Origin: Raja brachyura
Taxonomy: Eukaryota
Assembly: GCA_963514005.1 (NCBI GenBank)
Contig: OY740812.1
Span: forward strand, 30,380,001-30,444,000
Direction of reading: 5' to 3'
Length of the DNA stretch: 64,000 bases
Numbering within the stretch: the first letter of the stretch is position 1; every line of letters starts with the position of its first letter. Position numbers and translations under genes: made by a program. Positions 26,881-37,495 of this stretch are shown one piece after another. The notes under the pieces are model-generated. The model made no database searches. It worked only from the letters and a program-made list of their open reading frames with translations, and was not told the DNA's origin.

Positions 26881-27108
26881 ATCTTTCATAGGACAGCATC
26901 CCCAACCAAAGTCTGTAGAGGTACAACAGGTATATCCCTCAGAGCAAGACATGTTCCCACAAAGCTCGCTCTCAGCGGTACGCAGGTTTCCGACTGCAGA
27001 AACCAATGGCAATTCTTCATCAACTCCAGTCCTTTTGCATCTGGCCTTGACAAGATCACACTCGTATCCCTTTGGACAACAGTGCTCCCAATCCTTGCAA
27101 ATGGTTGC
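26881..27108 (-). CDS. grn: Progranulin coding exon 4 (C-half module 2 + N-half module 3)
   Basis: ctgttaag|ATICKDWEHCCPKGYECDLVKARCKRTGVDEELPLVSAVGNLRTAESELCGNMSCSEGYTCCTSTDFGWGCCPMKD|gtaagc; 228 nt, phase 0-0. Confidence 0.92.
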
Positions 27109-27400
27109 CTTAACAGAAAGGAAAAAAAATTAAAACCAGCATTTTATATTTAAGAAAAAAACATCCGAGTAGATAAAAGGCTTGAGTAAATATATGAAAA
27201 ATTAATATTCTGAGGTTCTACAAAAGCATTTACTCATTAAAACACGTGTTCCATTGCGTTTTACTTGCATTAAACTGGTGACAGCAAGTAATGGTGCAAA
27301 ATGTTCAGTGAAAAAGCCATTGTGGTGTGCACAAGATGAGTACTTGGTGTGCACAAGATAGTACTCATGAAGGAAGGACATTAAAACAAAGTAATCTTAC

Positions 27401-27550
27401 ATCAGTGAGTGGGCAACAGCCGTAGACTCCTTTAGAAGTAGGCATGCACGTGTACTGAGGCGGGCATTCAGTATTATCCAGACACACATTTTCAGTCACT
27501 GCATTCGCTGTTCCTGCTTGCACAAGTGGGGTGGTTTTGACTTCTTCCCA
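27401..27550 (-). CDS. grn: Progranulin coding exon 3 (linker + N-half of 10-Cys module 2)
   Basis: ctctaattccag|WEEVKTTPLVQAGTANAVTENVCLDNTECPPQYTCMPTSKGVYGCCPLTD|gtaaga; 150 nt, phase 0-0. Confidence 0.9.
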
Positions 27551-27779
27551 CTGGAATTAGAGAGACAAGATCTAATTTCTCATTTGAAAACATTTTTGTT
27601 CACCATGGTCTATGGTTCTGGTTCTAAGCCAAGCATCTATTTTGTCATAATATCTATTGTAAATCTTCAGCAACAAATATTTAATCCCCAAAATGAATTA
27701 TCTGATAACAGCTCAGGGGATTCAGATTACCCGTTTAATTTTCACATCAGATGATTGATCTCCATCTGCATTCCTGCTG

Positions 27780-28425
27780 AGGCGCCTGTAATGGCTGCCT
27801 CGCCAACAGTCTGTCTGTTGTTTCTTTCCTTTGCCTTTAATAGTGTGTTAAATGTATGTTTTTATTGTTCTTTAGCTTGTTTTATGTGGGGGGTGGGGGG
27901 AATGGGGAAACTTTATCTAATCTCTTACCTGGACGGAGATGCGATTTTTTTCTGTATCGTATCTCCTTCCGCACTGCGGCCTAACATCGAGGAATTGGCG
28001 GCCTTTGCTGGAGACCCTCTTCAAGAAGCTCCGCCGCGGAGTCTGCGGACTTAACATCATGGAGCTCGCAATCCCTTTTCCAGGGATCAACCTCCGAGCT
28101 CCACCGTGGGTGCTTGCGGACTTTAACATCAAGGAGCCTACGGTCAGAGAACGACTTTGGGGACTCCAAGACGCGGGAGTTTCGACCGCCCCGACGCGGG
28201 AGTTTCGACCACCCCGACTGCGGATGTTTCGACTGCCCCGACCGCGGGAGAATAAAGAGGAAGAAGATTGGACTATTTTGCCTTCCATCATGGAATGTGG
28301 GGAATCCACTGTGGTGGATGTTTATGTTAACTTTTATGTAATTATGCGTCTTGTTGCTTTTTTCTCGTATGGCTATTTGGTAGTTCGCATATCACTGGTA
28401 CATGTGACAATAAAAGACTTTTGAA
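27780..28425 (+). mobile_element. Non-autonomous GC-rich retroposon-like repeat
   Basis: Internal repeats (gcggactttaacatc; gagtttcgaccgccccgac x3); ends gtgacaataaaa; shares blocks with 36620-37495. Confidence 0.6.
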
Positions 28426-28439
28426 ACCTTTGATTTCCC

Positions 28440-29250
28440 TGCAAAATAAAAATACTACAGTACTTTTACAGTGAAGATGGTTGTCAAACATTGCAGCAAG
28501 ATCTTGATCAATTGGGCAGTTCAGCCAAGGATGGTATTCAATGGAGAGGAATGAGGCGTGTTGCATTTTGGGAAGACTAACATGGACAGGACCTACATAG
28601 TGAATGATAGGTCTCTGGGGAGTATTGTAGAGCAGAGGATCTAGGAATGCAGGTACATAGCTTGTTAAAAGTGGCACCACAGGTTTTTGGAACATTGGTC
28701 TTCATCAGAGCATTGACCATAGAGGTTTGGAGGTCATGTGGCAGTTATATAAGGTGTTTGTGCGGCCACATTTAGTATTGTGCTCAGTTATAGGGATCAT
28801 GTTATTGGTCAGGCTGGAAAACGTGCAGAAAAGATTTACAAAGTTGTTGCCAGGATTCGTGGGCCTGACCTATAGGGAGCGATTGAGCAGGCTAGGACTA
28901 TTCCTTGGAGTGCAGGAGGATGAGAGGTGATCTTGGAGTGGTGTACAAAATCATGAAAGGAATAGATCAACTCCACAGTCTCTTGCCCAGAGTAGGGGAA
29001 TCGAGGAACCAGAGGACATAGTCTTAAGGTGAGGGGGGAAAGATTTAGTAAGACCCTGAGGGGTAATTTTTCACGAGCTGCCAGAGGAGGTATTTGAAGC
29101 AGGTAATGTCACAATGTTTAAGAAACATTTGGACAGGTACATGGCTAGGACAGGATTAGAGGGATATGGGCCAAACACAGGTAGTGTAGGTACCAAAAAC
29201 TAGTGTAGTAGGTACATGTTTGTTGGTGTGGGCAATTTGGGCCACTGTAT
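28440..29250 (+). mobile_element. Decayed CR1 3' fragment
   Basis: LYKVFVRPHL..LENVQKRFTKLLPG..LTYRERLSRLGL. Confidence 0.8.
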
Positions 29251-29339
29251 GACTATAAACAGCGACTAATGAACAGAATTGTTTTCTTGAGCAGGGATAA
29301 CTGGCTTGATAAATTACCGAGATTAGGAAACTAAATGAT

Positions 29340-31000
29340 GGGACCAAAAAATGCTGGGACCTGATGGTCTGCATCACAGGGTACTTAAGGAAGTGGCTCC
29401 AGAAATCATTGATGCATTGGTGATAATTTTCCAACGTTCTATAGACTTAGGATAAGCTCCTGTGGATTGGAGGGTAACTAATGTTATCCCACTTTTTAAG
29501 AAAGGCAGGAGAGAGAAAATAGGGAATTATAGACCAGTTAGCCTGACATCGGTGATGTGGAAGATGCTGGAGTCAATTATAAAAGACGAAAAAACCGCAC
29601 ATTTGGATAGCAGTAACAGGTCCAAGTCAGCATGGATTTACGAAGGATAATAAAATGCTTGACTAATCTTCTGGAATTGTTTGAAGATGTAACTAGGAAA
29701 ATGGGCAAGGTAGAGCCAGTGGATGTAGTGTACCTGAACTTTCAGAAAGCATTCGATAAGGTCCCACATAGGAGATTAGTGGGCAAAATTAGGGCACATG
29801 GTATTGGGGGTGGAGTGCTGACATGGATAGAAAATTGGTTGGCAGACAGGAAACAGAGAGTGGGGATTAACGGATCCCTTTCAGAAGGGCAGGCATGGAC
29901 TAGTGGGGTACCGCAAAGCTCGGTGCTGGGATCTCAGCTATTTACAATTGACATCAATGATTTCGATGAACGGATTCAAAGTAACATTAGCAAATTTGCA
30001 GATGACACAAAGCTGGGTGGCAGTGTGAACTGTGAGCAGGATGCTATGAGCATGCAGGGTGACTTGGACAGGTTGGGGGAGTGGGCGGATGCATGGCAGA
30101 TTACGTTTAATGCTGAGAAATGTGAGGTTATCCACTTTGGTAGCAAAAACAGGAAGGTATATTACTATCTAAATGGCATCAAGTTGGGAAAAGGGGAAGC
30201 ACAGCGGGATCTGGGGGTCCTTGTACATCAGTCTATGAAAGTAAGCATGCAGGTGCAGCAGGCAGTGAAGAAAGCAAATGGCATGTTGGCCTTTATAACA
30301 AGAGGAGTAGAGCATAGGAGCAAAGAGGTCCTTCTGCTTCTAGGTTGTGAGACCTAGTGAGGAAGGGTCTCGACCCGAAACGTCGCCTAGAGTCTGAAGA
30401 AGGGTCTCGACCCGAAACGTCGCCTATCTCCTTCGCTCCTTAGATGCTGCTGCACCCGCTGAGTTTCTCCAGCTTTTTGTGTAACCCTAGTGAGACCATA
30501 CCTGGAGTATCGTGTGCAGCTTTGGCCCCCTAATTTGAGGAAGAACATTCTTGCTATTGAGGGAGTGCAGCGTAGGTTTATAAGGTTAATTCTCTGGATG
30601 GCGGGACTGTCCAATGCTGAGAGGATGAAGCAGCTAGCTTGTACACTCTGGAGTTTAGAAGAACGAGAAAGGATCTTGCTGAAACATATAAGATTGTTAA
30701 GGGTTTGCACACGCTGGAGGCAGGAACTATGTTCCCAATGTTGAGGGAGTCCAGACCAGGGGCCACAGTTTAAGAATAAGGGGCAAGCCATTTCAAACGG
30801 AGATGAGGAAACATTTTTTCTCACAGAGAGTTGTGACTGTGGAATTCTCTGCCTCAGAGGGCGGTGGAGGCAGGTTCTCTGGTTGCTTTCAAGAGCGAGC
30901 TAGATAGGGAAAGGCAGGAAAGGGGTACTGCTTGGGGATGATCACACTGAATGGCGATGCTGGCTCGAAGGGCTAAATGGCCTACTGCACCTATTGTCTA
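29340..31000 (+). mobile_element. CR1 ORF2 RT half + tail, interrupted at 30362-30485
   Basis: NYRPVSLTS, FQKAFDKV, SGVPQSSVLG, KFADDTKL, RPYLEY. Confidence 0.93.
30394..30426 (+). ncRNA. Minimal type I hammerhead-ribozyme-like motif (Penelope tail)
   Basis: CTGAAGA-A-GGGT CTCG ACCC-GAAAC-GTC; both conserved core boxes flank a hairpin; stems I and III are very short, activity untested. Confidence 0.65.
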
Positions 31001-31377
31001 AAAAGTGCTCAGAATGTCATCAGCAAAGCTTATTCCTTGCTATTACAAATAAACCATATAGGAAGACTGTCATGGCTTGTCAAACAATGGCAGAATGTAA
31101 GCGAGGTCTGCATAAAAACTAGTTCACATCACAATGTCTTAGACAGAAAATTGTGAAGCGATATACCTCGAGAAATAAAATTATTAATAAAGTACAAGTC
31201 CTCAAGTTCAAAATATCAAGAATACTGAAAAAGCAAAAAAATTGAAATGAAAGAATTTTTAACGACAAAAATGTAAAAAGTATAATTTGGCTTGAAAATT
31301 ACTTAATATATTTCTGAACACAATTTAATGGCATTTCTGTTGCTTGATTTACAGCATAGAACTTAATCTTGATTTAC

Positions 31378-31506
31378 CAGGGTAGTGCTGATTGCTGGGA
31401 CTTTCTCCACCCAGGGTACAGTAGTCACACTGGTGCACCTTGAATGCTCTGTATCACAAGTGGTATTTTCAGGACAGCAATGCAACATATCGGAACAACA
31501 AACTGC
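31378..31506 (-). CDS. grn: Progranulin coding exon 2 (C-half of module 1)
   Basis: tttctctgttgcag|AVCCSDMLHCCPENTTCDTEHSRCTSVTTVPWVEKVPAISTTL|gtaaat; 129 nt, phase 0-0; not in the ORF track, translated by hand. Confidence 0.92.
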
Positions 31507-31759
31507 CTGCAACAGAGAAATATGCAATCTTGAGTGGAAAATACAAAACCTTATGCTTTGCAGACAGTCTTAACAAGCAAGCGATTCAATCCATATTAAA
31601 TTATTTTGACTATAAAATGACACCAGGAATTTATATACCTGCAGGAATACAGAGTCTATATTTCAAATAATAATCGCCCCAAACTAAACCCACATACTCT
31701 CCCTTCACTTTAATTAGCTGAAGTAGATTTGCAGTCCACTTCTAACCTTTCCCTGTAGC

Positions 31760-33700
31760 TAATCATTCTGGTAAGCCTCCTTTGCACCCTTTACAAAGCC
31801 TCCACATCATTCTTGTTTCGGTCCGACCAGAACTACATGCAATTCTCAAATGTAGCTAATCAAAGTCCGAAAAAGCTACATCATGATATCCTGACACACT
31901 CAATGCCTTGACTAACGAAGGGATGCAAATTATATGCCTTCTTTATCACTATCTACTTGTGATGCCACTTTCAGGGAGTTATGGACTTGGACTCCAAGAT
32001 CCCCATTACATAAAATGCAACACTTCACATTTGCTCTGAATAAAATCTCCATTAGCCATTTCTCTGCCTATTTTTAATACCTAAAATCTGCAGTATATGC
32101 CGCTGTATAATTTGACAGCCTTCCAAGTCCACAACTCCAGCAATCTTAGTGTCATCTGCAAACTTACTAACCAATTTATCTAATCTTACTAACCAATTTA
32201 TCTATGTCGGAGTCGTTTATATATATTAGAAATAGAGGTCCCTGCCGATCCCCATGGGACATCACTGACCGCAGACCTCCAGCCACAATATTGTCCTTCC
32301 ACCACAACCTTCTATCAGTAAGCCAATAATGAATCCATACCACCAAAACACTCACTGTTAAACCTGTGCACCTGAATCTTTTAGATCAGCCTACCATGGA
32401 GGATGACCAAATGAAGCCAACATCCAAAATCCTACCATCATCAATCACCTTCATCACCTCTTTTAAAAAAAACTCAAAGAAGTTAGTAAGACACAATCTG
32501 CCATGTACAAAGCTATGCTAACTATCCCCAATTAAATTATTCTCTTCTATATGGGAGTAGTGTACTCCACACCGATCTCACTGTCCTCCATCTTGGTAAA
32601 AACAGCTGCAAAGTACTAATTTAGTACCCCGTCTATGTCCCCTGACTCCAAGCACAAATTCCATCCTTTATCCTGGAGCTTGTACTGTTTACCGTAGTTT
32701 TTTTAATGTAAAGTATAAAAAAAAACATGGGATTTTCTTTAATCTGATTTTCCAAAGCCATTTTATGGCCCCAATCGCCTGAATGTTTCCTCCTTGCTTT
32801 ATATTCCTCAACGGCTGTCTGATTTTATCTTTTAAAAACTTGTTTATGCTTTCTCTTTTGACCAAATTTACGACCTCTTTGGTTATCCAATTTTCCTTTA
32901 CTTTGACATACTAATCACTCTCCTTACTGGAACTTGTCACTTTTGATCAATTGCCCTTTAAACACTTCCCACACGTAACTTTCTGCTCAATAACGTTGCA
33001 ATTTACCTTAATTCAGTACTTTCTCACTCGGTCCAGCCTTGTCCCTATTCCAAATAATCTTAACAATTATGGAGTTGTGGTCACTGTTCCCAAAATGCTC
33101 TTCCACTGAAACACCAGTTACCTGGCCAGGTGTGTTTCCTCAACACACGTCTGAAGAAGGGTCACGACCCGAAACATCACACCATTCCTTCTCTCCAGAG
33201 ATGCTGCTTGTCCCGCTGAGTTGCTCCAGCATTTTGTGTCTCCCAAAACGTAATGTACAGGACTATCCACATACTGCTTCAAGAAACCTCTTGGATACAC
33301 CTAACAAATTCTGCCCCATCCAAGTCTTTGGAACCGAGCAAGACCCAGTGGACATAGATGAAGTTAGGTCACCAACTAAGATAGCCCTGCTCCTTTGGTA
33401 TCTTTCAGTAATCCCTCTACATATCTATTTCCCATTGGTTATTGGGAAGCCTATAGTACAATCCCATTTGAGTGCTTGCACTTTTCTTATTTTTGAGCCA
33501 CTATCATCTCAGCAGATAAACCCTCCACCGTGTCCTTTGAGTGTACCATGATATTCTTCATGGTCAGTGAAGCAGCTCCTCCATCTCTTTTCCCTCCCTC
33601 TCTATCACATCTGCAATATCAAAACCCTGGAAACATTGAGCTGTCAGTCACATCCCTCATGCAACAAAGTTTCCAGAATGGCCACAACGTCAGTCCTAAG
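31760..33700 (-). mobile_element. Old, heavily decayed CR1
   Basis: gtgtcatctgcaaacttact (reverse of SKFADDT); ttgtggtcactgttccc (reverse of GNSDHN). Confidence 0.7.
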
Positions 33701-34978
33701 CACTGATCTACGCTAAGTTAATCTGTTCTTCCCCCCCCCCCCTCCGAATACTCCTTAAATTATATGAAATAATTCAAATATGATTAATTAACTATCAAAC
33801 TTTTCAAAGCACCTGTTGTGCTTTGGGGAGCGATGGTAGACGTAGCATTTTGAGTTGAGTTTAGTTTATTGTCACGTGTACAGTGAAAAGCAAAAGCTTT
33901 TTTCAGCGGAAAGACAATACATGATTACAATCAAGCTATCTACAGTGTGCAGAAACATGATAAAGGGGAATAACACACCTGGTTTCTTTCTGGGTCATTG
34001 GTTTTGAGGAACAAAGCCTCTTCTGGCAGAAAAAAAAAGCAATGGACTAAAACAGTGCCCTCATGTGCCAGACCAAAAAGGGTTTAAGCTTCAATTGTGC
34101 TTACTGAAGCTTTTCAAAGTTGATTTAACTTTGTTATTAGATAGTAGGGAGAGGTAGTAAGGAATTTAAAAAAAATTGATAAGCTATGGTTCTGGTGGCA
34201 TAGTAAAAAACTGAATGCTAAATTCAACTTTAAAAACACGACCTGAACCCAGTTCTCATAAGTGATGACACACTAATTGGCAAGTCATATCTGGCAGAGA
34301 CAGTTTTCAACTCTCACACATCCACATTTTACAAATATTTGAAAAACACCCATGAACAAAGGAGGAAAGTACACCATTATTGGGATATTTGGGAACTAAA
34401 AACAACTTAGAAATGTACATGGAAGGAAATGACATTTGAAAAATGTACATATCAGTTATTTAAGCATTCTAATTGTTAGGTCACTTTCTGGTTGGAGGCA
34501 AACACCGATCTGAAAGCTGCAGACATAGATGAGCAAATTGTTGACAAGGTCAATTTACTGCAAGCTTTACGAATGAGCAAAAAGGATGCAGGTTGGATTA
34601 CAACCCGAATGTTTTACATTTGGATATACAAAGATGCTTATTCTTAAAACTGACTTGTGGGCAAAGAAAAAGACGAGGGGAATTAAAGCAAATATGTAAA
34701 CTCAAGATAAAATAATAAACTGGCATTATTAAGTTTATTCACATTAAGGCAAAAAGGTGGATTTTCTTCCCTCTGAACCAATAAACTATTGAGTGGAGTT
34801 GAGATTAACAAATGACCTAGTATCAACTACCCTTAGAACCGTTCGAAAATTCTACCAGTTTCTTTAAAGTAAACTTTAAAGGAATTTGTAGAAAATTACT
34901 ACTAGCAATTCAACCCGAGTGGCAAAGCCTTAAGAGTGACTAGAAGCAATTTATTAAAGAGCAACAAGTGGAACGTAC

Positions 34979-35122
34979 TTTGGATAAAGGGCAGCAGGCA
35001 TATGTTCCATCTGATTTCTTACAGCAGGTGCTGTTATCGCCGCAGTCGTGCCCATCTGGACAAATGACTGCTGAAGCCAGGCCAGCAACCAGGCACAGGA
35101 GCAGAAACTTTGGAATCATCAT
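34979..35122 (-). CDS. grn: Progranulin coding exon 1 (signal peptide + N-half of module 1)
   Basis: ttttag|ATG start; MMIPKFLLLCLVAGLASA (hydrophobic signal) VICPDGHDCGDNSTCCKKSDGTYACCPLSK|gtacgt; 144 nt, phase 0; granulin C-C-CC-CC pattern. Confidence 0.93.
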
Positions 35123-35214
35123 CTAAAACAGAACAGAAAAGTGCACAAATTGAGTGAATAATGCCTTTATCTGCTTATACATAAACTGGATACTTCGTAT
35201 TGAAAATATTTTCT

Positions 35215-35712
35215 TTTTTTTCCTTTTTAAAACATTTTTGTTAGAAGCAATTGTACAAAGAAAATGATCGACGCAACAGTTATACAATTTTCGTACTGGT
35301 TCAGTTTTAACATTTTATAAACTAATAACTAGATAGTGAAAAAAAGGAAAAAAGGGAAAGAAAGAAGAAAAAAGAGAAAGAAAAAAATGTTTAAAGAAAA
35401 AAAAGAAAAAAAACCCCTCAGAACTAAAAGGTGTAAAAGAAGCGGAGATATATCCAACTACCCTTCCATACGCCCGCTCACCCGACCCTACCATCGGTTT
35501 TGAGTTTGTGTTCAACCATTATGTTGTTGAAGAAATTCAATAAAAGGAGACAATATTTTTGAAAATTGATCTGTTTTGTCAGTCAAGACAAACCTTATTT
35601 TTTCTAGATGTAGCGTCTCAATCATTTATGTGATCCATATTTTCACTGTGGGAACTGTTATCTTTTTCCAGAATTTAAGTATAAGATTTTTCGCAGTTAT
35701 TAAACCGTAGTC
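35215..35712 (-). mobile_element. L1/Tx1-like 3' fragment
   Basis: Reverse strand reads KNLILKFWK..ETLHLEK, paralleling ORF 14602..14784; T-rich end near 35215. Confidence 0.7.
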
Positions 35713-36619
35713 AGGGAAAAAAGCTTTCTCGAATGAGTATTATGAAACTGCGCAAACTTAATCACGTTGGTTGAGCGAATTTATTTAAGGCAGGAAAGTA
35801 TAATTTAGGAGCATTCACCTTCTCTAAAAAGGTACCTTTGACGACTCTCTACAATACTGAATAAAACTACTTCCCCCTTCATTCTACTCAAAACTGAACA
35901 GCTTTATGGATCTTTGCTCAATTCAGAAATACCCTAGTTAATATCAATTCAAATCCATTTATTCAACAGTTCAATGAAGATGCAGTTCAGGAACAATGGG
36001 CAATATTGACTATGGAAACAAGGGGAGAGTCTAGGTTTCCCCCTGCTCAGAGATGCCCATTGGAAACGTGTTTTATAAGAACAAATTTAGGCCCAGCTGA
36101 AATGTCATATTATCACAGTTGCTGTTGAGGCTTTACACAAAATGTGATGAATCATTGGGATAATGAATGCAGATATACTAGAAAACACCAGGCTGCTGCA
36201 AAATCAATTATTTATCAAAACTAGCTGAAGAGCTTAAGTCATTGCATTGTGTTTTTTTCAAAGGGAAACATCATTTTTGGAAGATGTATATCAAAAGAAA
36301 ACCTAGGTCAATACATTAAATTCCACAATACCAAAACACATACAAGAGATACTAAAAGTTTAACATGCCGACACCACAGCATTTGACTTAAGGAAGCAAT
36401 TCTTTTGCCTTAATAGTTTGTTGCTCAATGAGATTAAGCATTGACCTGCAGCATGATTCAGAACTGCATTTGGCATTGGCTTGTAAAATTAGCTATCAAA
36501 ATGGGGGCTGTAAGCAAGCTCACAGTGGAGTCAAGTCAAAACATTAAGGCTCTTCCCTTTGATTATCGAGTTGTAAGCTTCTCATGCTCGAAGTCGGTGG
36601 GAGATCTGTTAGATCTGTA

Positions 36620-37495
36620 ACCCTGCCAGCAGCGTGTCAGTTTTTTTCTACTTAGTTTTGTTTTTTTTGTGCGTTTAAATGTATGTTTTTAATGTTTCTT
36701 TGTGTGTCTTGTGTGGGTGGTAAGGGGGAAACCACTTCAGTCGCCTCCTCCATGGAGAGGCGACTTTTTCCATGACGTCTCCCACGTGGCCTAACATCGA
36801 GGATTGGTGCGGCCTTTCCCAGAGACGCGCCGGGGCTTCAGACGTGGGCGCAGCGTGGACTCTCATCGTGGAGCGGGCGAGCACACGCTGGGGCTCCCCA
36901 GAGGGCAGCGCTCCATTCGCTGGCCCGCTGCAGCCTGAAGCCAGGGTCTGCAGAACTCCAACTGGTGACATCCTGGGCTTGGGATCCCTCGTTGGGGACC
37001 CCGGAGAAGAGCTCCGACAGCCGGCCCGCGGCCAACTTCTATTGCGGGCGCAGCGGGGACTTACCACCCTGAGCGGGGTCCCTCGCCGGGGATCCCTGGA
37101 GGGGAGCTTCGACCGCCGGCACTGCGGTCTGTGGTGCATCTGGCCGCGGCGCGGCGGGAACTTTAAATCTTCGACCGCCGGCCTACACCAACCTGAAGCC
37201 GCAGTCTCCGGTGGGGAGGCACCGATTCAGGACTAACCTGGACTTTTACCTTGTCTACTCATCTGGACGCCCGCAGCGACGGCTGAGGAGGGTTGAGGTC
37301 CCGACCACGGGGGAAAGTGGAGGAGGACTGGCCAAATTCTCTGCCTTCCACCACAGTGATGAATGCTGTGGTTGATGTTTATGTTAAATATTTATTGCGT
37401 TTTTGTGTGTTCTTTTTCATTGTACCGCTGCTGGCAAATTAATTTCACTTGCACTTTATGTGCAAGTGACGAATAAAACTGATTGATTGATTGAT
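36620..37495 (+). mobile_element. Non-autonomous CpG-rich retroposon-like repeat
   Basis: GC/CpG-rich core; ends gtgacgaataaaac(tgat)n; shares ggcctaacatcgagga and gccttcca..gatgtttatgttaa blocks with 27780-28425. Confidence 0.6.

Noticed and set aside
36675-37236. 154-aa ORFs on both strands and CpG richness, suggesting a gene or the grn promoter
   Set aside because: They lie within a repeat that shares blocks with 27780-28425; long ORFs are expected from high GC alone.
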